Shown: positions 41,087 to 53,164 of the stretch, in pieces
How positions within the stretch are numbered: position 1 is the first letter of the stretch
Layout of the letters: each line of letters starts with the position of its first letter
NCBI RefSeq assembly: GCF_037042905.1
Contig: NC_087263.1
Span: 12,464,001-12,528,000 of the forward strand
DNA: 64,000 nt
DNA from: Lytechinus pictus
Taxonomy: Eukaryota
Reading direction: 5' to 3'
Made by a program: the position numbers and the translations under genes
Notes under the pieces: generated by a model
Told to the model about the DNA's origin: nothing
Databases searched by the model: none
Seen by the model: only the letters and a program-made list of their open reading frames with translations

Positions 41087-42209
41087 TTAAAGGTGGTTGT
41101 AAAATTGGTGACAAAAAACATTCGGTCCTGCGACGTTTGCTCCAGTCTTAATATATCAAAGGGCACACGGTTAGGGTTGGGATTGTAATAGAGTTTTTGG
41201 TTCAGAATAATGTGAAGATAAGGATTAGGGTTTGTTTAGTTTTGGAGGTCATGTTTTATGTTTGGCTTAACATAAGATTTCGCATCGGAGCAATCGTCGC
41301 CGGAGCAAATGTCTTGAAACCGTAAAATCCTTCACCACTTTACCAGTGACTGGAGCATGTTTTTGTGCTGAATGATAAATTTGATAACTATGATCACTTT
41401 ACATAGAAACTGCTGTTGGTGTATTGAATAAAGTCCTACTTCGTTAAAAATGCAAGGCAATATGTGGGGTAGTATATCTCATTGCACGAGAGCTGTACTT
41501 ATCATTCGTAAGATCATGCTTTGATAACTTTACAAACAACTCTGTGAAACACCCCCAGATCTGCAGTGTGAAATCAAATTGGTGTGTTTCCATTTTTTCT
41601 GTGAAATGGATGATTCATTGATGATTTTATTCCTTTAACAGAAAAGAACGTATGATATGACCCAAGACTGCTGTATTGTCTGTGTCGGAACATTACCCTA
41701 ATTCTGAAAGAGCAAGGATAATTCAGTCAGTTGAACATTGTCCAGTGTACATCAACAATTGTAGAATTTGTCATTCCCAGCTATGACTTACATGAACTCA
41801 AGCAAGTGGTACAGTGCTTTGGCCATCTTTCAAAACGAGAATTTTTGAATTTTTGAACGAGGGAAACAAATCCTGTAAAGTTTTATCTACTTGTACAGTG
41901 ACATGTCGTATGTGCATATTTTTTTAACACATGTGACAAAAAAAAGATGTGTTGACTTCTGTGTGTGAAATATTGTATGGCAATATGTAGCAATACATGT
42001 ACATGTACAGTCATGTGTTAAATTTGATGGTTCTTGCATTGAGTGACTTTTTATCTACATTGCTAGACGCTCGTCTGCACTCATTCAAACACAATAAACC
42101 CTACAACATGTCGCAGTCAACAATAAGTACAATGTATTCTCATGATTTTCAATGAAGTCAACCTTTGGAACAGATTTTGTGGTGGATTTGTGACAGAAGC
42201 GACACCAAA

Positions 42210-42559
42210 ATGCAGACTTTTGATTGCATCGTCCCGCGAGGGTCGCCCAAGCTTACCAAAATGGAAGCACTGGGTGGGACTAAGGCGCATCGCCACAGCA
42301 TCTTTAAGATGCAGACAAGCCGTACTGACATAGCGTCAACAGATGCGGACATTTATGAGGACAATAACTTGAAATCCCAACGGCATACTATGTTTAACAA
42401 GTACAAACTGAAGCCACGCTCCCAGTCCATGGGTGCAGCAGCTCTCCAGAGCTCTGGAATTGGTCAGTTTGCAGCTATGGTGCGACAGCGGGAAGCGGAC
42501 AGTGATTCCGAAATGGACACAGGTCTGCGAAGTTTCCCAAACAGGCCTGACAGTTTTAA
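42210..42559 (+). CDS. DGKZ: Alternative N-terminal coding exon 1d (MQTFDCIVPRGSPK...NRPDSFK)
   Basis: 116-codon GC-richer ORF; upstream in-frame TGA at 42153; ends AA|gtaggt in phase 2, completing K with G43573. Confidence 0.8.
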
Positions 42560-42928
42560 GTAGGTTCTGGGTTCAGCGCATTAATCATTATTGTGCATAA
42601 TATTTTATAATTATTCTGTATGTACGTATTAATCATCAGACAAAATAATATTGGATATGTTTTGCAGACTAAATGGCCCGTATTCACAAAAGAGCTTGAG
42701 CTTCCATTTGTATCTTGGTATAAAACCATATAGACAATGCAGAATTCTTGTATTATCGTACTTCATTATATAGCAATTTATAGCACCCTTTGCACAGAGT
42801 GTTGACTTTATATAATTGGACTTTTCTTTATATTGAATGTGATTAGAGAAATTATGTACACAAAATCTGCACAGTCCTTGGTTTTGTACCATGGTTCAAT
42901 TGAAGCCTCTCGAGAATACAGGCAGTAA

Positions 42929-43190
42929 CTGGTGTGTTGGCTCAGTTGGTTGAGTGTCTGTCTCACAACCGGGAGGTCGGGACTTCAAATCCCGGCCGCA
43001 TCAGACCAAAAGACGTAATGGGAGTTGCTGCTACCCTGTTTGCCGTTCAACATTTAAGGGATAGAGCCTTGTCGATCCGGCGCTGCACAGTGGTGGCAGG
43101 GCCCACGATCAATTGGGCACAATGACCTTTGCCCAATATTTTATTTTCAGATTTCTATTTCGAACAATAAAACATGGATTTTCATTTTCA
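42929..43190 (+). mobile_element. tRNA-derived SINE (Val-CAC-like head)
   Basis: tggctcagttgg A box, ct-cac-aa loop, degenerate B box acttcaaatcc, then non-tRNA body and simple-repeat tail. Confidence 0.7.
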
Positions 43191-43572
43191 TAATGAACAT
43201 GTATAGGTTCATGTACATTGTACAAGCACATGACTAAAGCTCAAATGCGTCAGTCAGACCAATTAAACTGATCCCAAACCCACAGATGGTATGCCATTGG
43301 TAATAACATTAAATCTCTTGTCAGTCTGGATCTGTACTTGTTAATGTGACTGTACATGCTTTCCCATATATATGTACATGATTTAGTGAAAATTAAAATT
43401 TTCACACCATCTTCACTCTAAATTGATTAGAAATGTCTGAAATTACTTCTGAAACAGTGAACGTACTTATAGATAGCATATTCATCCATTATAGATGGGC
43501 CTAACCCCATCATAGAGATAAAATCAGTACTAATTCTAGAATTCTTTTTCTTTTATCTTTATCAATCTGCAG

Positions 43573-43687
43573 GAAGGCAATATCTAAATCGAATGCATAC
43601 GCGAATCAGATCCATGGATTCCCTACCCACCATCTCCCTGCGCATTCTATGGCCGAAAAGGAGATCAGAACGACCGTTGATTGGAGC
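43573..43687 (+). CDS. DGKZ: DGK common exon (xKAISKSN...EIRTTVDWS)
   Basis: ctgcag| acceptor, |gtaagt donor; resembles KAITKS...IRSTVDWS of DGK-zeta. Confidence 0.93.
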
Positions 43688-43727
43688 GTAAGTTTGATCA
43701 AGTCATTGTTCAAGACTGTGTTTGAAG

Positions 43728-43836
43728 AAGTAGTAGTAGTCGTACTGGTAGTTTTAGTAGGATAGGAGGAGTAGCAGTAGTATATGTAGTACTAGGAATT
43801 ATAGGAGTAGTTCTATTTGTATTAGTTGTATCAGTG

Positions 43837-43896
<60 letters not shown>

Positions 43897-43997
43897 CTGT
43901 AGTAGTAGTAGTAGTATCAGTGGTAGTAGTAGTAGTAGTATCAGTGGTAGTAGTAGTAGTAGTAGTATCAGTTGTAGTAGTAGTAGTAGTAGTATCA

Positions 43998-44030
<33 letters not shown>

Positions 44031-44220
44031 TTAGTAGTTGTAGTAGTTATAGGAGTAGTAGTAGTAGTTATAGGAGTAGTAGTAGAAGTAGCATCACTGC
44101 TACTACTTCTACTACTACTAATACTTATACTGTTGATGATGCTACAACAGGTTCTACTACTATCATCACTACTCATGCAACTACTACGGTAGTACTACTT
44201 CTACCTGAAATACTACTACA
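43728..44220. repeat. (TAG)n switching to (CTA)n microsatellite
   Basis: Direct reading. Confidence 0.9.
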
Positions 44221-44232
44221 ACCTCTCATTCA

Positions 44233-44819
44233 AAGACAAGTCCACCTCAACAAAAAGTTGATTTGAATGAAAAGAGAAAAATCCAATAAGCATAACACTG
44301 AAAGTTTCAAAATCGGATGTAAAATAAAGTCATAATAGTTTTAAGTTTTGCTTAATTTCACAAAATAGTTATATGCACATCCTGGTTGGTATGCAAATAA
44401 GGAGACGGATGATGTCATGCACTCACTATTTCTTTTGTATTTTATTGTATGAAATATTCAAATTTTCTCCTCGTTGTCAAGTGAAACAATGATTAATTCC
44501 TCCCTGAACATGTGGAATTAGCATTGTTTAATATGATATGGTTCAGTCAAGTTGGTCCTTATTGTCAAATCTGTTAACAATGAAATATTGTATAATTCAA
44601 ACAAATAACAAAAGAAATAGTGAGTGAGGGACATCATTGTCTATCTCATTTGCACGTCACCGAGTTGTGCATATCACTTTTTTAATGAAAAATAAGCGAA
44701 AATTTAAATTGTCATAACTTTCTTATTTTACATCTGATTTTGATTAAATTTTCAGCGTTATGCCAATTTGATATTTCTCTATATATTCAAATCAACATTT
44801 TTCTGGGGGGACTCGACCT
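44233..44819. mobile_element. MITE family A, more diverged copy
   Basis: aagacaagtccacc ... ggactcgacct. Confidence 0.88.
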
Positions 44820-44932
44820 TTCAGAGATGTGCCAGAGAACTTAACGTCTTTAAGAATAATTTTTTGTTACAAGATTTGTATCATAAACCAACCCTATTGA
44901 TATGAGAATATTTCTAAACTTATCTCTTTCAG

Positions 44933-45016
44933 GAGAATGCAATCAGCGGCGACCATGTTTGGGGTGAAACCAACGCTTCGGGTGATTTCTGTTATGTCGG
45001 CGAACAGGATTGCCTG
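44933..45016 (+). CDS. DGKZ: DGK exon, C1A start (ENAISGDHVWGETNASGDFCYVGEQDCL)
   Basis: ttcag| and |gtaagt; 84 nt, phase 0-0. Confidence 0.95.
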
Positions 45017-45574
45017 GTAAGTCAGTATTGGGTAAGTATGCGGTTCCAGTGCTCCCAAAACCCCCATCCTGATCCCATAGAGGTACCGATCCCTAAATTG
45101 GCAATGCAGTAAAAAAAAGTTAACAGATTCACTGCTCAAAATATAAATTTGCACATTTTCATTAAAATGTTTGGCTGATATTATATTCATGTTTATTTTT
45201 TTAGAATGAAACATTAATGTGAATAAAATTTGCTGGCAATTTGGTCCAGTCTTATCTCCTCATCCCAGAGAGGTACATAACTTTCCAAATATGTAGAATA
45301 TTCTGTTTGAATCCTCAAATTGACAATAGCTGATGTTTTTTCACACATTTTTTTTGTTTAGTCTGAAAATAAAAAGAATGATAACATGAGTCAAAGATAA
45401 TGATTATAGAAGGAATATAATAAACATTGCCAATTTTCATTTAAACAGTGATTGAGTTTCATTGTGTTGCCAATTTGCAGAATGTAATGATTAGTCAAGT
45501 CCACAGCTTTCACTAAAAAATACTACCGCATACTACACTGGCAATGGTTCTATTTTATTATTTATATATTGATT

Positions 45575-46430
45575 TGTCTATCTGATCTTTCTATCAAATT
45601 ATCTACATGTATATACTGTACATATATCTATCTGTCTATCTACCTAGCTAGCTAACTATCTAGCTAGCTATCTATCTAGCTATCTACCTAGCTATCTACC
45701 TAGCTATCTATTTAGCTAGCTATCTATCTAGCTAGCTTTCTATCTAGCTAGCTATCTATCTAGCTAGCTATCTATCTAGCTGGCTATCTATCTAGCTAAC
45801 TATCTATCTAGCTGGCTATCTATCTATCTATCTAGCTAGTTATCTATCTAGCTGACTATCTATCTAGCTATCTATCTTGCTAGCTATCTATCTTGCTAGC
45901 TATCTAGGTATCTATCTATCTTGCTATCTATCTAGCTAGCTAGCTATCTGTCTGTCTATCTATCTAGCTATCTATCCAGCTATCTATCTATCTAGCTATC
46001 TGTCTATCTATCTAGCTAGCTATCTATCTGTCTATCTATCTAGCTATCTATCTATCTAGCTATCTAGGTATCTATCTTGCTATGTATATCTATCTAGCTG
46101 GCTATCTATCTAGCTGGCTATCTATCTAGCTGGCTATCTATCTAGTTGGCTATCTAGCTAGCTATCTATCTGTCTGTCTATCTAGCTATCTGTCTATCTA
46201 GCTATTTATCTGTCTGTCTAGCTATCTATCTAGCTCGCTATCTAGGTATCTATCTATCTAGCTGGCTATCTATCTAGCTATATATCTATCTAGCTAGCCA
46301 TCTAGCTATCTTTCTGTCTATCTAGCTATGTATCTAACTAGCTTTCTATCTAGCTAGCTAGCTATCTAGGTATCTATCTGTCTATCTAGCTATCTAGCTA
46401 GCTAGCTATCTATCTATCTTTTAGATCTAT
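45575..46430. repeat. (TATC/TAGC)n compound microsatellite
   Basis: Direct reading. Confidence 0.95.
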
Positions 46431-46681
46431 TTGTTTTTTTTCAAACCATATTAAATAAACAATTGCCTACATTTAGGATTAAGAGAAATCATTGCAACGG
46501 GGTGTCCAAAAGGAGACATGGTACCTCTATGGGTAGACCCACTCCCGCCCCCATCACCTTAATATTTATAACCCATGACCCCCTCCCCCGCCCCTTCATT
46601 CCTCCCCACCCCCACACCACCCCATCCATTCCCCCACCATTGTGTTCTCCACGCCGCCCTAACCACTTGTAGAACATAGTA

Positions 46682-47190
46682 CAGTGTGTCCCATGGAAAA
46701 AGGAAACCAGGATTCCCAGAGTTGTTTTTCACAACATGGGCAAACAATTTTGATTACGTCATAAAATTCATATTTCTTATTTATTTCGATACCTTATATG
46801 ATATGAATAGCTAATGCATGGATGAGCAAGAGGAGTTTCAAAGTTAAATTAAATAAAAAATTGACGGAAAACTAGGAAATATTTGTTCAACATTGCCTGA
46901 AAGTGGATATATAATTCACATATCATTTGTTTCCTTTCAACTAATGCCTATTTTATGAGAGTGGTCTCAAATTCACAGCTGAGTTTCTGCACAAATTTGT
47001 TTAGACTGACATTCCTCAGTTTTAATTGTTTGTAAATCGCCATGCGTGTCATCACTTCTATAAGTATTTGGTCTCAAATCGAGATTTCACTCTTAAAATT
47101 TTTGTTAAATTGTCACGAAAACATATTTGACGATTTTGATATTCTTTAGCTACACTTAATCAGGTTTCCTTGTTTTTAAGGGACACTCTG
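46682..47190. mobile_element. Tc1/mariner-type MITE (TA TSD)
   Basis: ta|cagtgtgtccc...aaggaaacc ... ggtttccttg...gggacactctg|ta. Confidence 0.8.
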
Positions 47191-47289
47191 TATTTGATAA
47201 TTTGCACTTGTCATCCTTGTTTCACTGCTTTTGTACCATACACAACTATGTACATTAAGCCTATTGGACGAATATTCGAGGGGGGCATG

Positions 47290-47580
47290 ATTTAGCCCCA
47301 AAAATGCTCAAAAAGAGCCATGGAAAGTTTTAAATAAAAACAAGCCCTGGAAATTCCCATTCATTGCAGTTTTAGAGCTTATCCAATGATGCAGATTTAG
47401 GGAGTAAGTTGTGAAAATTAGCCTTTGAAAAAAAATTAAAAATTGCCCCTGAAGTGCTCAAAAGACCCCTGTAAACTGAAAAAGGGGCTCTGAAAAATTC
47501 CCATTCATTGCAATTTTAAAGCGTATTCAATGTTGAAGATTTAGTTGTGAAGCAAGTTGTGAAAAGTATCCCCCCCCCCC
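47290..47580. repeat. ~150-bp tandem duplication
   Basis: aaattcccattcattgca.tttta.agc.tat.caatg.tg.agattta occurs twice. Confidence 0.7.
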
Positions 47581-47919
47581 GAAAAATGAAAAAAATACTT
47601 TTTGCCTGCCATAGTAAACGTTGATGTATTTCATTGTCGTACTTGCATGTACTCTGTTCATTTCATTCATTGTAAACTGTACCTGAATCCATAATAATAT
47701 TATTTGTTATTCATTTCCTGTTCTTCCCTCACACTTTTTTGCACATAACAAGACACTGGAATGCATGCTTAAAAGAGGTTTCTATTATTTTCTCTGTTTT
47801 TTATGTTTTTTTTTTTCAATCTCTCGAGTCAATTCACTTTCAGGTGTTGAATCAAACTCATTGGCCAATGCTTGCATCTGTGAATCTGTCCCATTGACAT
47901 ATGTATTTCAAAGTTACTG

Positions 47920-48210
47920 ATATTGATGAATTTGATCATTTTACATTGTCCATTTTATTCTCATCCACAATCATTTTAGTCAGTATTCTGAACTTCAGTT
48001 TAGTGTTAGTTAACCCAGTTAGTTAACCTGGTTAAAGTTGTGGTTTAACTATGGATTGTCATTTTGTACTATGAAAATTATTGCTCAATTTGATGAATTT
48101 TATCATTTTTCCATTGTCCATTTTTTTTCTTCCACAATAATTTTGGCCCGTATACTGAACTTGGGTTTAATGTAAACTCTGGTCAGAAGTTGTAGTCTAA
48201 CTATGGAAAG
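47920..48210. repeat. ~165-bp tandem duplication
   Basis: tgatgaattt.atcatttt..cattgtccatttt occurs twice. Confidence 0.7.
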
Positions 48211-48701
48211 CCAATTGGGACAAAATAAATTGAAGTGTATTTGAAAGTCAAAGTATTAAAGATTCAAGGAATGATAAATAGTTTATTCACTATGCAAGGA
48301 GAATAAAACCCTGGAACAAGTTGGCTGGTATGAAAACAAAAAGAAAATCGATTTCACAGTACATCTCTCTCCTTTGTACATTGAAAACATTGTTGGCCAA
48401 GAGAGAGCTATATTACTTTCCAAATCAATGTTACATAATAATAGAATTAACAAGCACCCTAGATATTCTTGTCACTTGCAGCTTAGAGGAAGTGGCATTC
48501 CTTTATAGTAGATTACACATGAAATAAACAACAAACAATTTGACATGTACTTACATGAATGTAAGATATCATACAATTATGAGATAATCGTATATTTCAT
48601 TGGAATATGAAGGCCACCTGTTTTTCTTAATTTTTTGACTGACATTCTCACCATTCGGCTTGTTTAATTTGACTACCGTAATTTTCTCAAATGTAACTTG
48701 A

Positions 48702-49123
48702 AGGTCAAGTTCACTCTTGAAAAATGTTGATTTGAATCAATAGAGAAAAATCAAACTAGCATAATGCTGGAAATTTCATCGAAATCGGATGTAAAATAAG
48801 CAAGATATGAAATCTAAACTTTTGCTTATTTTTCACAAAAAAGTTGTACAATTCAGTGATATTCATATGGGAGAGTTGATGATGTCCCTCACTATTCCTT
48901 TTTTTCTTTTTTATTGTTGGAAATAACGATAAGGACCAATTGACTGAGCCATAACATTTAAAAAAAATGGTAATTCAATTGTTCAGGAAAGAATGAAACT
49001 TTCTTCCAATAAAACTATTAAAATGTTACGTGTCATATGATAAAATATTAAAGAAATAGTGAGTGGGTGATATCCCCTCATTTGCATACTGACCAGGATG
49101 TGAATATAACATTTTGTGAAACT
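48702..49123. mobile_element. MITE family A, right arm truncated at a microsatellite
   Basis: aggtcaagt... left arm; ends at gtgaaacttt. Confidence 0.8.
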
Positions 49124-49124
49124 T

Positions 49125-49320
49125 TGATGATGATGATGATGGTGGTAGTGGTGATGATCATTACAGTGATGATTATAAAATCTGTTGGGGTGGTGGAGGT
49201 GATGGTGATGGTGGTGGTGATGATGATGGTGGTGGTGGTGGTGGTGGTGGTGGTGGTGATGATCATCATCATCATTATAGTCATGATAATAAAACCGGTT
49301 GAGATGGTGGATGGTGGTGG

Positions 49321-49351
<31 letters not shown>

Positions 49352-49510
49352 GGTGGTGATGATGATGATGATGATGATGGTGATGATGGTGATGATGATG
49401 GTGATGATGATGATGGTGGTGGTAATGGTGGTAGTGATGATGATGAACATTATAGTAATGACAATAATAGCAACAACAACAATAACAATAATAACAGTGA
49501 TAATAATAAT
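49125..49510. repeat. (GAT/GGT/AAT)n microsatellite
   Basis: Direct reading. Confidence 0.92.
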
Positions 49511-49848
49511 ACAAATTATACATACATGAACTTAACATATAAAACACATAAAAAAGTGCAGGTTTCTCTTTGAATTTTAAAATATACATGTAAGGCTGTT
49601 GGAAAATACAAATATTACACTGTATTAAAAAATTCAGGGTATGTATAGGCCAGCATTAAGGTCCTACAGGATCATACATGTATGTAAATATAAAGTGCCT
49701 TTTTTTTCAAGAGATTCAATATTTCTTGCTGCAGAAAATGATGTACAGGGTGTTAAGAAATCCATTTTATTTTTTAAAGGAAATTGTGTTTATTGCATTT
49801 CATAAGAAAATTAACAGTTGGATCATGTTTTTTTTTTTTATTCTGCAG

Positions 49849-49923
49849 AAAACGGGGCCGAGGAGAAAATGTTCATCATGTAAGATTGTTGTTCACACAG
49901 CATGTATGCAACAACTCGAAAGG
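49849..49923 (+). CDS. DGKZ: DGK exon, C1A (KTGPRRKCSSCKIVVHTACMQQLER)
   Basis: ctgcag| and |gtgagt; 75 nt. Confidence 0.95.
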
Positions 49924-50372
49924 GTGAGTTTCTGGGTTGTTTTCATTTTCACTGTACTGCTTATTATTATTATTACTATTATTATTATTATCATCATCAT
50001 CATCATTATAGAACAGGGAAGAGAGAAGCAGAAGGGAGAGGAATCAGGGGGAAAAATGGAACACTGTGTGTCAGTTGTTTGTGTTTTGTAATTGTCCACA
50101 GATGTGCAAACCAATGTTTTGGGATGCTGGTACCATGTAACATTCTGTTTCAAATATTTGTCTTTTATAAGTGGCCACAGATGAACTGCCAAGTACAAAC
50201 TGTTTCAAGATATGGGAATCAGGAAAAAATAATTATATGTTACTCTGTGAGGACTTTTTGTCTTTTGTAATTGTCCACGGATAAATTTCGACATGCAAAG
50301 TGACGTTTTGGGATGCTGTGATTGGAAAAAAAAATTCTGTGACAACTTCTCATCCTTTGTTTCTGTCCACAG

Positions 50373-50567
50373 ATAAACTTCAAGTGCAAACCGACGTTTC
50401 GGGACGCGGGGATCAGGAATTATCGGGAGAACCAGGTGGTACGGCATCACTGGGTTCATAGGAGTAGGCAGGAGGGTAAATGCAAGCAGTGTGGGAAGAG
50501 TTTTCAACAAAAGCTGTTCCAGCAGAAAGACATCATTGCCATTAGCTGTTCATGGTGCAAAGTAGCA
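50373..50567 (+). CDS. DGKZ: DGK exon, C1A end/C1B ([10 protein letters not shown]...[10 protein letters not shown])
   Basis: ccacag| and |gtaagt; 195 nt. Confidence 0.95.
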
Positions 50568-51513
50568 GTAAGTATTTAGAGGGTCTTATTTATAAGTGTT
50601 GCCTACTTTAGAGATTTTTAGTGATCATGATTCCTTAATGTCACATATTTATTTCTCAAATGCATGTCAAAAGGGCAAATACATTTGGAGAGGCCTATTT
50701 TACAGTTATGTTTTAATTTAAAATTTGTCTCCTACATGTACATGTATGAGGAGTAAAATGTTTTCTTTTGATTTGAGACCAAATATGCAATGTATCAAAT
50801 ATGCATGGCAGATTAAGAACAGTACAAAATGATTCTGGTTGGAAATGATTTTTGCAGATAACTCATGCATTAATCTTTATTCACTCATTTAGAAATAACG
50901 TGTAAGAGAGATAACAGAAGTGCTCATGAGCAAAAACCTTTCTGTGCACAAAATCATAATATCCCAACAATCTATTCTGCAGGACGTAATATTGACATTA
51001 AATTTCAAACCCTTCTTGCTAATCTCTACATGTACGTGAGGTTTTGTATGATGATTTATAAAAGTATCCCTTAATTTCAATTAATTCAATTCAATTTTAT
51101 TCACTTCTCTTTAAAAACATCAAAAGATCAAGTTTACAAATCAATACAAATTACAAAATACAACATACATTATACATAATTATACACAATTGTACATAAT
51201 TTTACATATTTATAGTAATGAAAGTGAAATGCCATCAATCATTAATCTCTACACAAGTAATTATGATTGAAATTCCAGGTAACAGTTTTCTGTAACACAT
51301 TCTACACTAAAAAATATTAAGATTTTCTTGTTGATCACATTTATTGATGTGTCAGGAATGAACAATGCTAACTAATTATTGATTGATTTAAATTTCATGC
51401 CTTGTTCAATCATTTGGATGTCAAATTTCTAGAAGAAAATCGAATATCTCATGTAGAGGAGGTGAGGCACTAGATTAAATTAATTTCTTATTTTCTCTTT
51501 GTATCCTCCATAG

Positions 51514-51636
51514 TATCACAATAAAGTATCGTGCTTTATGATGCAGCAGATTGAAGAACCTTGTACCCTTGGTATTCATGCGACTATTATTATACCTCCG
51601 ACGTGGATTATACGATTACCTAAACAGAGAATACAG
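51514..51636 (+). CDS. DGKZ: DGK exon (YHNKVSCFMMQQIEEPC...PPTWIIRLPKQRIQ)
   Basis: catag| and |gtgaga; 123 nt. Confidence 0.95.
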
Positions 51637-51775
51637 GTGAGAAAAAGAATAAATTGTAAGTCATTCCCTAAATGCCTGATTTTGCAATTACAGAAAGCAG
51701 CGATATCATTTTCATGTTTTTGTTATATCTTAGACTTTTAGGCTCTCAGATTATATGCTTACTAAAGTATTCAGC

Positions 51776-52078
51776 TACTACCACAAAGTATGTTGCATTG
51801 CGGTATGTATATTTATACCTCTGACCTGGATGATAAGATTACGCCAGCCATGGCGTAATTTCCTTCAGCAAGAAATTTATCTACATTGTGCTGCACTCAA
51901 CCCAGGTGAGGTGAATGGGTACCCGGCAGGATTAATTCCTTGAATGCACCGAGCGCTGAAAGGCAGCTCGAGCTAAAGCCGGGGTAATAATAATAATAAA
52001 CGGAATAGAATATTTCTAGATAGATGGCGCTATGTAAATGCCTATTATTATTATTATTACCTAAACAAGAGAATACAG
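51776..52078 (+). pseudogene. Decayed duplicate of DGK exon 51514-51636, split by a SINE
   Basis: YYHKVCC...IFIPLTWMIRL versus YHNKVSC...IIIPPTWIIRL; resumes as ttacctaaacaagagaatacag|gt. Confidence 0.85.
51843..52056 (+). mobile_element. 5'-truncated tRNA-derived SINE
   Basis: agccatggcgt...acccaggtgaggtgaatgggtaccc...(att)n, same family as 59626. Confidence 0.88.
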
Positions 52079-52441
52079 GTTAAGATCAAGGCCCTGTCCG
52101 ACTAAGAATCATGATTGGTCCCCTAAATGACCCCTGCTCCCCTGCCCCATAATTTTATTTCCATAGTTCTACTCATAGGTTTGAAATTTGATATCATTTG
52201 AGAATATCAGTATAATGGGCTTGTATGAGGAAATTTAAGCCATGACAGGTAATTTTTCACAGGTTTTGGTGTCTGCTTTTCTATATTTCATTATTCCACC
52301 AGTTTGCAAAAATTTCAAAGGTATGCACTAATAAGAAAAACGTAACTTGCCCCTGGGTTAGATTGGAAAGATTGTCCTTCCGTCAGTTTTAACACCATAA
52401 ATGTGCCTAGGATTGACGTCACTTCTCTTCTCTCTTTGTAG

Positions 52442-52612
52442 GGGTCTTTCAAGAGTTCACAGAGAAAAAAGAAGAAACCGTCGATCAAGAGGAAGTCGAT
52501 ATCGAAGAAAGAAGAAGGCAAGAATCAAAGGCCGTTCATCATCAAACCCATTCCATCTCCCCTGATGAAACCGGTGCTTGTCTTCATCAACCCAAAGAGT
52601 GGCGGCAATCAG
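52442..52612 (+). CDS. DGKZ: DGK exon, MARCKS-like basic/NLS segment plus catalytic start (GSFKSSQRKKKKPSIKRKS...NPKSGGNQ)
   Basis: tgtag| and |gtgaga; 171 nt. Confidence 0.95.
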
Positions 52613-52628
52613 GTGAGACAGATATCTG

Positions 52629-52890
52629 AGACCCGTCTTACAAAGAGTTAAGATTGATCCAATTAACCTGAACTACATGGAAATCCATCAATGTCATAAT
52701 TTTTTGCAGGGAATTTGCACAATGTCCTTTGTAAACGAACAGAAGGACACTGAAGAAAACGATGAATGTACATGTATGACTTAACATCATATCTAGAAAG
52801 TTTTTGAACAAACATGCATTTTAATGTTGACGTTGCTGGTTTCCCATAGTGGTTGATTGGATCAATCGTAACTCTTTGTAAGATTGGGCC
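52629..52890 (+). mobile_element. MITE family B copy (same orientation as 20653)
   Basis: ctg|agacccgtcttacaaagag ... tgggcc|cag. Confidence 0.9.
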
Positions 52891-52893
52891 CAG

Positions 52894-53164
52894 GGTCCCG
52901 TTGTACAAAGAGTTACGATTGATCCGATCAATTGCAACTATGGAAAGCCAGCAAAGTCAACATATGAAATGCATGTTTGTTCAAAAAAAAATCTAGATAT
53001 GAATGCATATCCATAAATTAATTGACTTCTTGACAATTTGGGGTGTTCTCCTTTGATTACAAAGGACATTTTGCAAATTTCCTGTAAAAGAAATTATGAC
53101 ACTGATGGATTTCCATAGAGTTACGATTGATCATATCAATCGTAACTCTTTGTACAACGGGGCC
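52894..53164 (-). mobile_element. MITE family B copy, inverted
   Basis: cag|ggtcccgttgtacaaagag ... ctttgtacaacggggcc|cag; interior is the reverse complement of its neighbour. Confidence 0.9.

Noticed and set aside
42929..43000. tRNA-Val gene
   Set aside because: B box is degenerate, acceptor stem is poor, and it continues into a SINE-like body
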